Source of the DNA: Dehalococcoidia bacterium
Lineage (GTDB): Bacteria > Chloroflexota > Dehalococcoidia > Lucifugimonadales > UBA3495
DNA length: 64,000 bases
Direction: 5' to 3'
Assembly: GCA_965232845.1 (NCBI GenBank)
Contig: OZ247428.1
Span: 1,159,535-1,223,534 of the forward strand
Part shown: piece after piece, positions 1 through 8,559 of the stretch
Layout of the letters: each line of letters begins with the position of its first letter
How positions within the stretch are numbered: the first letter of the stretch is position 1
The notes under the pieces: generated by a model
What the model was told of the DNA's origin: nothing
Databases searched by the model: none
Seen by the model: the letters and a program-made list of their open reading frames with translations, nothing else
Program-made: the position numbers and the translations under genes

Positions 1-3000
1 GCCCACGGATACACTAACTTCCTCGGCTGATAGCGGGTTGCCACGCACATCATGCAGGAAGCCTTCAATCCTGAAGCTTTCTTCCACCTCCACCTGGCCG
101 AGGGATACCCCGCCAAAGACTGTAGGGAGCACCGCAAAAAGATCCAGGCGGGCCGAATTCGCCCTCAGCAGGTCACTCCCCTCAAACAGAACCTTCACCT
201 CATGAGGGCCCGGATCAGTGAAGGTGTGAAGGAAGGCAAATTCACCGGCCGGTCCGGTGGTCAGGGGAGGCAGGTTGCGACTGTCCACGCTAGCTACCAG
301 TTCCAGGTTGGCAATTCCTGACCCGGTGTCGTCAAACAGCCGACCTTCAAAAACGGCTTCGTTGTCGACTTCCACCTCATTGACGCCCGTAAGTTCCATC
401 CCTGCCTGGGAATACACGGAAATTCCCGGGTCGCTCCAGGACTCCAGGTAGTTGTCGTTGGAAATGGCATGCGCCAGCAGCTGGTAATTGCCACGATCCA
501 TTGAAAGTGGAAGCTTTACGCTGGCCTCAAATACACCATTTCGCGCCACGGTTTCGCCCAGTTTCGTGCCACCGTGCTCCTTGGTTTCGTTCACGAATAT
601 TTCGACCGCAACACCATCAACATTGCTTCCTCCAACAGTTAAGACAGCGCCGCCCACCGTGAATTCCAGGCCACGCTCTATTTCCAAAGGCCAATGGAGA
701 ATCTCGATAACCGTTGCAACGGGCGGCTGAGGAGCAGGCGATGGCGCTGGCTCAGATTCTTCTGGAATCGGGTCCTGCTGCTCCGGATCTTCCTCCTGAG
801 CAATCTCCGGGATCTCGCTTGACTCTGGTCCACCTTCTTCACTTCCGAAGTTGCCGTCTGGCTCCGGCTGCTGCCCCTGACCCTGTGGCGCCTGTAATGA
901 ACCGTTGTTTAAAGACTCCGCAGCGGCCAAATCGGCGCGGGAGGGCGCTCCTCCAGAGCCGGTAGGTTCGAAGGTTAGCCAGCCCAACCCTTCAAAGGCG
1001 ACCTCAGCCCACTGGTGGGCTTGATTGACCTTCACCGTCTGGGGCTCCTCGGTTTCGCTAACCGCCCATCCCGATACCACCCTGGCAGGAAGACCTATAG
1101 ACCTGGCCATGACCACGAAAGCGGAACTGAATACACCACAAGTTCCTTCCTTGTGGTCAAACAGGAACCAGTCAACCGGGTCTCGGCTTGAGGGCGGGCG
1201 GCCTCCGCCAGAGGGATCGGCAAAAGCATACGCATAGTTGGTTTTGAGATAGGTCTCCAGGGCCCCCGCCTTACCGTATGGCGAAGTTTGACCTTTGGTT
1301 ACCTCCAGGGCCAAGGTACGAATCCGTTCAGGCAGGTTATCGGGAAGCTGGGTGAATTGAGGATCGGACACAGCCCTGGCGGCAGAAAGTTGTCCGGGCG
1401 AGAATTGTGGTATTTGAGCTACCCAAGTGTAGTTGTCGGTACCCTCGTTAAGGGAGAAGGTGGCGCTAAAGGGCATGAACTTGCCTGATCGGTCTAACTG
1501 GTCCAGAAAAAGTGAAGTTGGGGCAAGCCCCGACAAGATTTTCCCCGCCCCTTCTACGGGTTCGATCCTAATAGTATCTGTGTAAGTGACCGGTGGGTTA
1601 ACCTCAAATCTGGACAATAACTCTGTATTGCTTTGACTCTGGGATCCGCCCGAGAAGGAACCACTCAAAATCTCGTCATGAACCAGGCTGGGAATACTGG
1701 TTTCTGATTGGTATGCCAGCGATACCCCGTTCAGGGGTTGCCAACTGCCGTCCGCATACACCTCGCCCACGCCCTCCCGCAGGTACCTGGTGTGGCCGCT
1801 TCCGGTAACTACGAACAATGGCGTTTGAGACGGTTCGGCGGCTTGCGAGGTCGTGGTGCCAGCAGAAAAACCAACCGTTTGCCCGTCCCTGGAAACGAGG
1901 TTCCCTCCTGTTTCCGTATCCTGCACTTCGGCGCCCAGTTCTTCCAGTTCTTCCCTGGCCTGTGCCTGAGCTTCCGGAGCAGCGACCGCTAATTCTTCGA
2001 CGAGGGACTCCAATTCCTGCTGCTCACTTTGTTCCTGGACTCCGCCAGCTTGGGAGTTTCGGGTCGCCCGGTTGGGGGCGCTTCCGGATGCGGTAGGTTC
2101 AAAAAGAATCCAACCCAACCCCTCAAAGGCAACTTCGGCTCTCTGGTGAGCCTGATCGGAATATACTACCTGGGCGTCAGCAGTTGGAGTAATCGCCCAG
2201 CCCGAAACCACCCGGGCCGGCAATCCTACGGAACGGGCCAGAACCACGAAGGCGGTGCTGAAATTACCGCAGGTCCCTTCCAGGCCTTCAAACAGGAACC
2301 AGTCAACCGGGTCACTGCCTGGCGGGATGCCACCGGTGAGCGGATCTGCAAACCGATAGGTGTAGTTGGCCTTCAGGTGTTGTTCGATAGCCACCGCCTT
2401 CGCATAGGGCGCAACGTGGCCTTCCGTAATCTCCTCTGCCAGCAGCCGGACCCTTTCCGGCATCTCGCTGATAGCGGAAGTATGTTCGTATTGAGAGGAG
2501 TCCGCTGCAGTGTTAAGCTGCCCCGACGAGAAGGCAGGCATCGTCGCCGTCCAACTATAGCTCTCAACATTCGTGCCTATAGTGAACGTCATGCTGGCGG
2601 CGCGGAAAGTGCCGTCCGCGGTCACTCCAGTCAGCAGAGGCGAAGTGGGGACAATCCCACCTGGTATTTTTCCTCCTTCCTCAGGGGGCGCTACTGTCAC
2701 GCGCACCGTATGTTGCTGGGCCGGTGAAACAGTTATAAAGGAAACCGGGTTTGGGCTGGTGATGGTTGACCCTGATGAATACTGCAACTTAGTGGCTTCC
2801 AAGGGAATCCAGGCGCCATTGTCATAGCGGTCCCCCACGGCGGTACGAAGAAAATCTATACCGGCCGCCCCTTCCACCTCGAAAACCGGCAAGCGGGGAA
2901 GCTCCGAGGCCTGTTGTGAAGTCGCGCCAGGAATGAAGGTCTGGCCGTCGGGAAGGGCCAACAATCCCCCGCCGTTCTCCAGCGGGGCCACTGGACCCAA

Positions 3001-5742
3001 TTCCTGGAGTCCTTCGACCGCAGCGTCCCGTACCGATTCCTCCGGGTCGCTGAGGCTTTCAATCAAAGGCCCGGCAGCCTCCGGGAGTCCCCGCTCTCCC
3101 AGTAGTTCTGCTGCGGCAGCCCTAACTTCCGCATCTTCAGACCCCAGCAATGCCCCGGCTAACTCAGGGAGTTCGAAACTATCCAGCGCGGCGCTGGCGG
3201 CCCCCATTACTTCCGGGGAGCCATCCCCATCGACTGCCTGCTGTAACCCGGGCAGGGCACCAGGATTTTGAATATCGCCCAGGGCTTCGGCAGCCGCGGC
3301 ACGTACGAAAGAATCATCTCCTTCCAGCAGAGCATCAACCAGACCGTCAGTTGCGCCGTCAAGGCCCAGTTCACCAAGGGCTTTCGCTGCCGCCGCCTGT
3401 ACCGCCGGATCCTGGTCAGCGGCCAAAGCCTGCAACAATGGCGGCAGGGCACCATCCAATTCGAGGTCAGCCAAGGCGCTGGCGACAGCAGCCCGTACCT
3501 CTTCATTTGTTTCAGTTCCCGACAAGAGAGATTCCACCAATGGATCCAAGGCGCCTTCCGCCGCCAATTCACCCAAAGCCTCAGCAGCGGCAATCTTTAC
3601 CTCAGGGCTCAGGTCATTGGCGAGCGCTTCAATCAGTTGCGCCAGGGCGGCAGGATCATCTCCCTGAGCCAGCGCGGCTGCGGAGGCAATCCGAAGCAGA
3701 GCATCTTCATCCTCCAGGAGCGTCCTGGCCAATAACTCAAAGTCCATCCGGCCCAAGGCTTCCAGTGCAGCTTCCTGGACCAACGGATGCGGATCTTGCA
3801 ACATTGCCATCGCGAGACCTTCGAAGGCTTCGCCGGCCCCTATTTCACCCAATAGCCTGGCTGCCTCGGCCCGTGTCTCGGGGTCCACGTCCCCCGCCAA
3901 CTCCAATAGGGCAACTGCCATTTTCGCGGTGGCAGCTACGCCTAATCCCAGGGCTTTTTCCTTCAGGCCTGACTCGTTCCCGGCTTCGCCCTTCTGATCG
4001 GTAGCAGTGTCATCGCCGTCCTCTACATCTGCCGAAGCAGCCCCCAATGGATCGTCCAGTTCGTTGGGTACGAGGTCGAAAGTAACCCAACCAACTCCCT
4101 TCAGCCCTATCTCAGCCCATTGATGCGCTTGACTGTAAGTTACCTCCTGCTCCTCTGCAATCGGATTTATCGACCACCCAGCAACGACTCTTGCAGGCAC
4201 GCCGACCGCTCTGGCCAAAATAACGAATGCGCTGCTAAAGGTGGAAGACCTGCCTGTGGAGTGCTCAAACAAGAACCAATCAACGGGGTCTGCGTTTACA
4301 GGAGCCTGAACGGAAGTGTTGTTCGATGTCAGAGTGATCACTGAATACTCGGTCTTGAGAAAATCGGCTATGGCTGTTGCCTTTGCATAAGGTGTATCCA
4401 GGCCGGCGGTGACCTCACTTGCCAACTGCGCAACACGTACGGGGAGGTCTTCAGGCAAGGCCAAATAAGCAGGGTCCTCAACAGGCTCCACACTCGACAA
4501 TTCGCTTTCACTAAGCCTTGTTACCAGGGAAATGGACTGGTTGCTCGTTGCCGGCTGAGAAGTAACGAAGGTCCCGCTGAAGGGACGCATTTCTCCCGCA
4601 AGCCCTACCTGGCGCATTAGCGCGGGAACTGGCAGGACACCCTGATCAAGCTGTTCAAACTGGGGCGCAGGAGAGACCATGATGAATTCCTCAATGGCGT
4701 CACCTATTGAAGAATCAGGTCCAACAAGGAGTTCTCCCCCCTCAAACTTGTAGGAATGCTCCGTAGCAGATCCGGTGCCCTCGGAAGGATCGACAACTAT
4801 CCCTTCAGTGATCAAGGCTTTAGTCTGCGCCGGCAGATCAGACCCGGCAATCGCTTCGAAAGCCATGGGATCCAATTGGGTCCAGGCGCCATTCCGATAC
4901 ACATCACCCGTAGCGGTACGCAGCAATGTAGTGTGTTCAGCGCCGGTCACGACAAACTGTTGTTCTGCAATGCGGGCCGGAGAGGGGCCGGCAATGACAC
5001 GCGGCCCCACAAAAAGAGGTGAGTCAGGTTCCAGAGGCGACTCGATACTCCGGCCGGTTTGGCCGCCTTCTTTGGCTATTGCTTCCCCAAATTCAGATTC
5101 AGCATTCTGGCCCCGATGCTTTTCGACTTCAGCTGCAAAAGCGGCGGACACCGGCATCTGTTGAGGCTGGTTGACGAGGCCGAGGTCCTGAAGCCTTGAG
5201 TAGTCAAACAATCCTGAGAATAGACCGAATACCAACCAGACCACCAACACTATGGGAAGCAATCGAGTGGCGAATGCGCCTACCAGAGCCAGGGAAAAGA
5301 AGAAGCAGGTGAGCATCACCACCCATTTTGTATCAACACTGCGCTTTACCGGAAGAGACTCCCCACCTCCTGAGAAAAAAACTATCTGTTCAATGGGCAG
5401 AAAATAATAATAGAGACCCACGGCAGCTACCGGGACCAGCACGTAAATGAGGAACCGGAGGAGACGGCCACGCCGCCCTGGCTGTGACCAGTGGAAAAGT
5501 GTAGACAGCACAATGACTGCCACCACCAGTCCCATTGCAGTGACGGTGTATGCAAACATCTGGGCGCTGCTGGGAAGGGTGAAGTAGTCCCCGGAGGCAG
5601 GCTTGGAAGCCAGGAGGTCATCGGGGCCGGAAGCAGTGAGGGAACCGAGGAAATTAATGAGCAGGACGAAGCCGGCCAGGGCGCCAATCAACAAGAGCGG
5701 CAATGCTGCCCTGCGTCCAAATTCGAAGAAGGAAAGTCTCAT
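1..5742 (-). CDS. Giant membrane-anchored protein with three transglutaminase-like cores, a HEAT-repeat block and Ig-like C-terminal repeats. The C-terminus runs off the window.
   Basis: By hand translation, the minus strand from ATG 5742-5740 stays open to position 1 (1914 codons). The frame is absent from the ORF track because it has no stop inside the window. The N-terminus reads MRLSFFEFGRRAALPLLLIGALAGFVLL and is followed by about 5 hydrophobic helices. There are three copies of DPVDWFLF..G(T/R)(C/S)..F..AFV.(L/M)AR..G.PARVV.GW...AHQ(W/R)AE, which is the transglutaminase-core pattern. Confidence 0.8.
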   Translation of the reverse strand, partial: MRLSFFEFGRRAALPLLLIGALAGFVLLINFLGSLTASGPDDLLASKPASGDYFTLPSSAQMFAYTVTAMGLVVAVIVLSTLFHWSQPGRRGRLLRFLIYVLVPVAAVGLYYYFLPIEQIVFFSGGGESLPVKRSVDTKWVVMLTCFFFSLALVGAFATRLLPIVLVVWLVFGLFSGLFDYSRLQDLGLVNQPQQMPVSAAFAAEVEKHRGQNAESEFGEAIAKEGGQTGRSIESPLEPDSPLFVGPRVIAGPSPARIAEQQFVVTGAEHTTLLRTATGDVYRNGAWTQLDPMAFEAIAGSDLPAQTKALITEGIVVDPSEGTGSATEHSYKFEGGELLVGPDSSIGDAIEEFIMVSPAPQFEQLDQGVLPVPALMRQVGLAGEMRPFSGTFVTSQPATSNQSISLVTRLSESELSSVEPVEDPAYLALPEDLPVRVAQLASEVTAGLDTPYAKATAIADFLKTEYSVITLTSNNTSVQAPVNADPVDWFLFEHSTGRSSTFSSAFVILARAVGVPARVVAGWSINPIAEEQEVTYSQAHQWAEIGLKGVGWVTFDLVPNELDDPLGAASADVEDGDDTATDQKGEAGNESGLKEKALGLGVAATAKMAVALLELAGDVDPETRAEAARLLGEIGAGEAFEGLAMAMLQDPHPLVQEAALEALGRMDFELLARTLLEDEDALLRIASAAALAQGDDPAALAQLIEALANDLSPEVKIAAAEALGELAAEGALDPLVESLLSGTETNEEVRAAVASALADLELDGALPPLLQALAADQDPAVQAAAAKALGELGLDGATDGLVDALLEGDDSFVRAAAAEALGDIQNPGALPGLQQAVDGDGSPEVMGAASAALDSFELPELAGALLGSEDAEVRAAAAELLGERGLPEAAGPLIESLSDPEESVRDAAVEGLQELGPVAPLENGGGLLALPDGQTFIPGATSQQASELPRLPVFEVEGAAGIDFLRTAVGDRYDNGAWIPLEATKLQYSSGSTITSPNPVSFITVSPAQQHTVRVTVAPPEEGGKIPGGIVPTSPLLTGVTADGTFRAASMTFTIGTNVESYSWTATMPAFSSGQLNTAADSSQYEHTSAISEMPERVRLLAEEITEGHVAPYAKAVAIEQHLKANYTYRFADPLTGGIPPGSDPVDWFLFEGLEGTCGNFSTAFVVLARSVGLPARVVSGWAITPTADAQVVYSDQAHQRAEVAFEGLGWILFEPTASGSAPNRATRNSQAGGVQEQSEQQELESLVEELAVAAPEAQAQAREELEELGAEVQDTETGGNLVSRDGQTVGFSAGTTTSQAAEPSQTPLFVVTGSGHTRYLREGVGEVYADGSWQPLNGVSLAYQSETSIPSLVHDEILSGSFSGGSQSQSNTELLSRFEVNPPVTYTDTIRIEPVEGAGKILSGLAPTSLFLDQLDRSGKFMPFSATFSLNEGTDNYTWVAQIPQFSPGQLSAARAVSDPQFTQLPDNLPERIRTLALEVTKGQTSPYGKAGALETYLKTNYAYAFADPSGGGRPPSSRDPVDWFLFDHKEGTCGVFSSAFVVMARSIGLPARVVSGWAVSETEEPQTVKVNQAHQWAEVAFEGLGWLTFEPTGSGGAPSRADLAAAESLNNGSLQAPQGQGQQPEPDGNFGSEEGGPESSEIPEIAQEEDPEQQDPIPEESEPAPSPAPQPPVATVIEILHWPLEIERGLEFTVGGAVLTVGGSNVDGVAVEIFVNETKEHGGTKLGETVARNGVFEASVKLPLSMDRGNYQLLAHAISNDNYLESWSDPGISVYSQAGMELTGVNEVEVDNEAVFEGRLFDDTGSGIANLELVASVDSRNLPPLTTGPAGEFAFLHTFTDPGPHEVKVLFEGSDLLRANSARLDLFAVLPTVFGGVSLGQVEVEESFRIEGFLHDVRGNPLSAEEVSVSVG
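960..1822 (-). other. Transglutaminase-like module 3 of the giant ORF
   Basis: PLFVVTGSGHTRYLREGVGEVYADGSWQPL ... DPVDWFLFDHKEGTCGVFSSAFVVMARSIGLPARVVSGW ... AHQWAEVAFEGLGWLTFEPT. The Cys codon is at 1138-1140. Confidence 0.7.
2095..2895 (-). other. Transglutaminase-like module 2 of the giant ORF
   Basis: LPVFEVEGAAGIDFLRTAVGDRYDNGAWIPL ... DPVDWFLFEGLEGTCGNFSTAFVVLARSVGLPARVVSGW ... AHQRAEVAFEGLGWILFEPT. The Cys codon is at 2269-2271. Confidence 0.7.
2995..3895 (-). other. HEAT / PBS-lyase-type repeat block inside the giant ORF
   Basis: About ten tandem ~30-aa repeats of the type D.(E/A)VR.AAA.ALGE(L/I)G...A...L...L. Examples are DPETRAEAARLLGEIGAGEAFEGL, SPEVKIAAAEALGELAAEGALDPL and DSFVRAAAAEALGDIQNPGALPGL. 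Confidence 0.7.
4075..4965 (-). other. Transglutaminase-like module 1 of the giant ORF, with Ser at the catalytic Cys position
   Basis: QQFVVTGAEHTTLLRTATGDVYRNGAWTQL ... DPVDWFLFEHSTGRSSTFSSAFVILARAVGVPARVVAGW ... AHQWAEIGLKGVGWVTFD. A TCT (Ser) codon at 4246-4248 aligns with the Cys of modules 2 and 3. Confidence 0.65.
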
Positions 5743-6023
5743 CGGAATGTCATTCCCTCCGAAAAAGACCGGGCAAGTAAACCAGCCTATTCATCCCCTG
5801 GTTGGAGAAAACCTGAATGCCCTTTCAGGTTTGGCCTAGTATAGACCATTTCCCTTCGCTTTTCCCACCCATTACGAGGTATTGGGACTCTGCACAAGAA
5901 TTCGCCGTTGCACATAAATTCAACGTCCTGCAGAAAAAGTCTCGTCGGGGGAGAGGTCTGGCCTTGCCAGAAAAAATGCGAGCAGAAGGGGTATCAGCAC
6001 GGGCCGATTTCGGGAGAATAGCA

Positions 6024-6338
6024 ATGTCTAAGCTGACTCGGGACTGTCTTGAGGAGCTAGAATCTCTCTTGCGGGATTACATCATCGAAGTGGGGGAATC
6101 TGGTCTAACTTCCAGCATTAAGAGAACCTACATACGTCATGCCAGCACATTTGTGCGCTGGGTGTCAGATGACTTCACGCCAGGGGAAAGAGCTTCAACG
6201 TCGTCGAGAAAGAGATTTGCAGACAGCCGAAACCCAACGGCGCCACATGGGAATGTGATCAATAGAACCATCTCAAGGAGGAATAGTGGAAAGCCAGAAA
6301 GGCTGTGTTCATTACTTTATCGATATAACACAACCTAA
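6024..6338 (+). CDS. Hypothetical small protein, possibly a degraded or frameshifted remnant
   Basis: An internal ATG of track ORF 5817..6338 gives MSKLTRDCLEELESLLRDYIIEVGESGLTSSIKRTYIRHASTFVRWVSDDF. The first ~55 aa look helical. The remainder is low-complexity and overlaps the next ORF by 52 nt. Confidence 0.35.
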   Translation: MSKLTRDCLEELESLLRDYIIEVGESGLTSSIKRTYIRHASTFVRWVSDDFTPGERASTSSRKRFADSRNPTAPHGNVINRTISRRNSGKPERLCSLLYRYNTT

Positions 6339-6471
6339 GTCCGAAGAACGAGCTTCTTACTACCATATCCCTGGGGCTGACCAAATAGTCACCACGATAG
6401 CTCTTGAACAGGCTGGATTTACAGTTCTGAGCGTGGAAGAAGAGCTTAACAATAGCTACGAGAGAATCTGA
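6286..6471 (+). CDS. Hypothetical 61-aa protein
   Basis: GTG start at 6286 with AGGAGG at 6276-6281. I recognise no family. Confidence 0.4.
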   Translation: MESQKGCVHYFIDITQPKSEERASYYHIPGADQIVTTIALEQAGFTVLSVEEELNNSYERI

Positions 6472-6837
6472 GCTACCCTCATGTGGATACGCGGTCACAT
6501 GGGGTTTCGGCAACATCCCATAATCGGAGGTGGAACACGGAGTTATTACTTCAGTGACGCCAACTGCGCCCAAGCAGATAAATCGCTGGAAGAATCTGGG
6601 TTAAGAAACTTGACAGGTTAACTGAAATCGATTGCCCGTTGAACATACTATAGAACGACTTTAGCCCCGCCGGCCATTGCTTGGACTTGGGACGCCGGAT
6701 GGTTGGGGTCGGCAGACGGTGCGCGATGTTGAGACTATAGGAATGGCTAATTTGCAACAAGTACGGACGGCGCAGTTTGGTGTTTGAAAAGTAATTCCGG
6801 TTCGTAACTGAATTAACTAAGAGGAGGCAGAGAACAA

Positions 6838-8223
6838 GTGCCAACACAGGAAAAATCCCTATTCTTCCCTGTTGTACCATCCGACGAATACCATCCGTAC
6901 TTTAAACGCTTAATGGATGGTCCTGTTTACCACCCCGCGCGGGCCATGATGGATTATATCTACCAAGACTTCATAGACCTTGATAAGAATTTTCTCCAGC
7001 AGTTTCAAACCAAAGCATTCGATGCCAGGCTATTTGAACTATATCTGTTTGCCTACTTCTCCAAATCAGGTTTTGAGATTGACCATACCCAACAGAGGCC
7101 GGATTTCATAGTTACCCGGGACGGAGTTACTGTTGCTGTTGAAGCAACTACTGCCGGACCTTCAGATGCAGCACATGCTGAGCGTAATGTACTCCCATCA
7201 GAGCTCGGACCGGAAGAACTCGAGCATTACCTGCATAATGACTTCCAGATAAAGTTGGGGAGCGCCCTTTTTTCCAAGTTGAAGGAAGAGTACTGGAAAC
7301 TCGACCAATGCAAAGGCAAACCACTTGTCCTGGCTATTGAAGCATTCATTAATGAAGAGTCATTAACACTTACCGATGCCTATATCTCCGAATACTTGTA
7401 TGGACATCGACAATCAGCCGAGTGGACGCCTGAAGGGGTGTTAGAGATTCACACAGAAAACGTAGATAGACACATTTCAGGCGACAAGTCCATCCCATCA
7501 AACTTTTTTGCTCAGGAAGGGGCAGAGTACATTAGTGCCGTTATGTTCACCAATAGTGGCACTCATGCCAAGTTTAGCAGGATGGGTTTTCAGCAAGGTC
7601 TTGGAACTGACTATTTTGAGATTATTCGGCGAGGGTACTCTTATACACCTGACCCCGATGCCAGAGACCCATCGTTGTTCTCTTACAGTCTTTCACATCC
7701 TCCAATCGTTGAATGGTGGGGGCAGGGACTGTCGGTCTTTCATAATCCGAATGCCCTTTTCCCTCTTCCAAGGAATTTTATTGCTGGTGCCCTACAGTCC
7801 TACATAGAGGACGGACTCTATAAGTCAGATGCTCCCGACTGGCATCCTTATTCGTCAATTTCAACCCTTATTCCTTTTCATGAAAAAAGAGAGATGCTGC
7901 TCCCTCTGGCACCGACAATATTGGTAACACCAATATCAAAGAGCGAGTTCAGAGATATATGTCCATTCACTAGGTTGGAAGAAATGGGGGTCATTACTGA
8001 GGACGGATGGTTCGTGGATGAATCTGGGGGCTTCTTTGGAGCAATATTCAAGGACAATGTTGACGGCAATTGGGGTTGGATTATTCTTGCACGAGATGAA
8101 TATTACGTATTTCGGGCAATTGAAACGAGTCACTCTCTGCCAAGCCGTGACTTTGCTCGTCGCATGTTGCAATTTGCAATAATGGAGCTCATTACAAAAG
8201 GGCAACGGATTTTCCCTCAATAG
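6838..8223 (+). CDS. Hypothetical 461-aa protein with a possible PD-(D/E)xK-like nuclease motif in the N-terminal third
   Basis: GTG start with GAGGAGG at 6821-6827, and a clean 461-codon ORF. The motif is FELYLFAYF (E67) ... RPDFIV (D89, nt 7102-7104) ... VAVEATT (E102, nt 7141-7143). The spacing is typical of the restriction-endonuclease fold, but the K is replaced by T. Confidence 0.7.
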   Translation: MPTQEKSLFFPVVPSDEYHPYFKRLMDGPVYHPARAMMDYIYQDFIDLDKNFLQQFQTKAFDARLFELYLFAYFSKSGFEIDHTQQRPDFIVTRDGVTVAVEATTAGPSDAAHAERNVLPSELGPEELEHYLHNDFQIKLGSALFSKLKEEYWKLDQCKGKPLVLAIEAFINEESLTLTDAYISEYLYGHRQSAEWTPEGVLEIHTENVDRHISGDKSIPSNFFAQEGAEYISAVMFTNSGTHAKFSRMGFQQGLGTDYFEIIRRGYSYTPDPDARDPSLFSYSLSHPPIVEWWGQGLSVFHNPNALFPLPRNFIAGALQSYIEDGLYKSDAPDWHPYSSISTLIPFHEKREMLLPLAPTILVTPISKSEFRDICPFTRLEEMGVITEDGWFVDESGGFFGAIFKDNVDGNWGWIILARDEYYVFRAIETSHSLPSRDFARRMLQFAIMELITKGQRIFPQ

Positions 8224-8510
8224 ATAGCTGTGTGTTTTTGCACAAATAGTCTCGTTCCTGCACAAGAACGCATCGTTATCGATCAATTATTGCGCAAAGT
8301 CAGGTATTGGTGTGAGGAAGCACGAGCCATTGCGATAAACAACAATAGCTACCTGTAATATTGCTCATAAAGGGCACATGAAAAGTCGTACCCCTGTCAT
8401 CGCTAACCAAGGGAGAACTTGCGGTCCCCTTTTGCGGGCATCTGAAAAGGGAAAGCCAGGGATGCAGAGGGGGCCAAGCAAGAAGTACGACAGAAGCAGC
8501 CGGTGACGCA

Positions 8511-8559
8511 TACGCGGCTAACCGTCTTGAGTGGTTAGCCGCGTACACTTCTTTTTGTT
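8511..8559 (+). terminator. Intrinsic terminator
   Basis: A perfect 13-bp stem TACGCGGCTAACC / GGTTAGCCGCGTA (8511-8523 and 8533-8545) with a 9-nt loop, followed by CACTTCTTTTTGTT. Confidence 0.6.

Noticed and set aside
1558-1568. tRNA T-arm-like GGGTTCGATCC
   Set aside because: There is no complementary T-stem, acceptor stem or anticodon arm around it. It lies inside the giant CDS.
52-5844. Many plus-strand and off-frame track ORFs (for example 2029..2727, 3150..4004, 3268..3735, 5491..5844)
   Set aside because: They lie antisense or out of frame to the continuous 1914-codon minus-strand ORF. Their products are Pro/Arg/Ser-rich, which is typical of non-coding frames in GC-rich DNA.
8500-8545. 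Group II intron domain V-like hairpin
   Set aside because: The hairpin is a perfect 13-bp stem without the AGC triad or the 2-nt bulge. There is no GUGYG 5' end and no reverse transcriptase ORF nearby. A terminator reading fits better.
8300-8548. 82-aa minus-strand ORF in the island tail
   Set aside because: It has no RBS and implausible composition. It runs antisense through the terminator hairpin.
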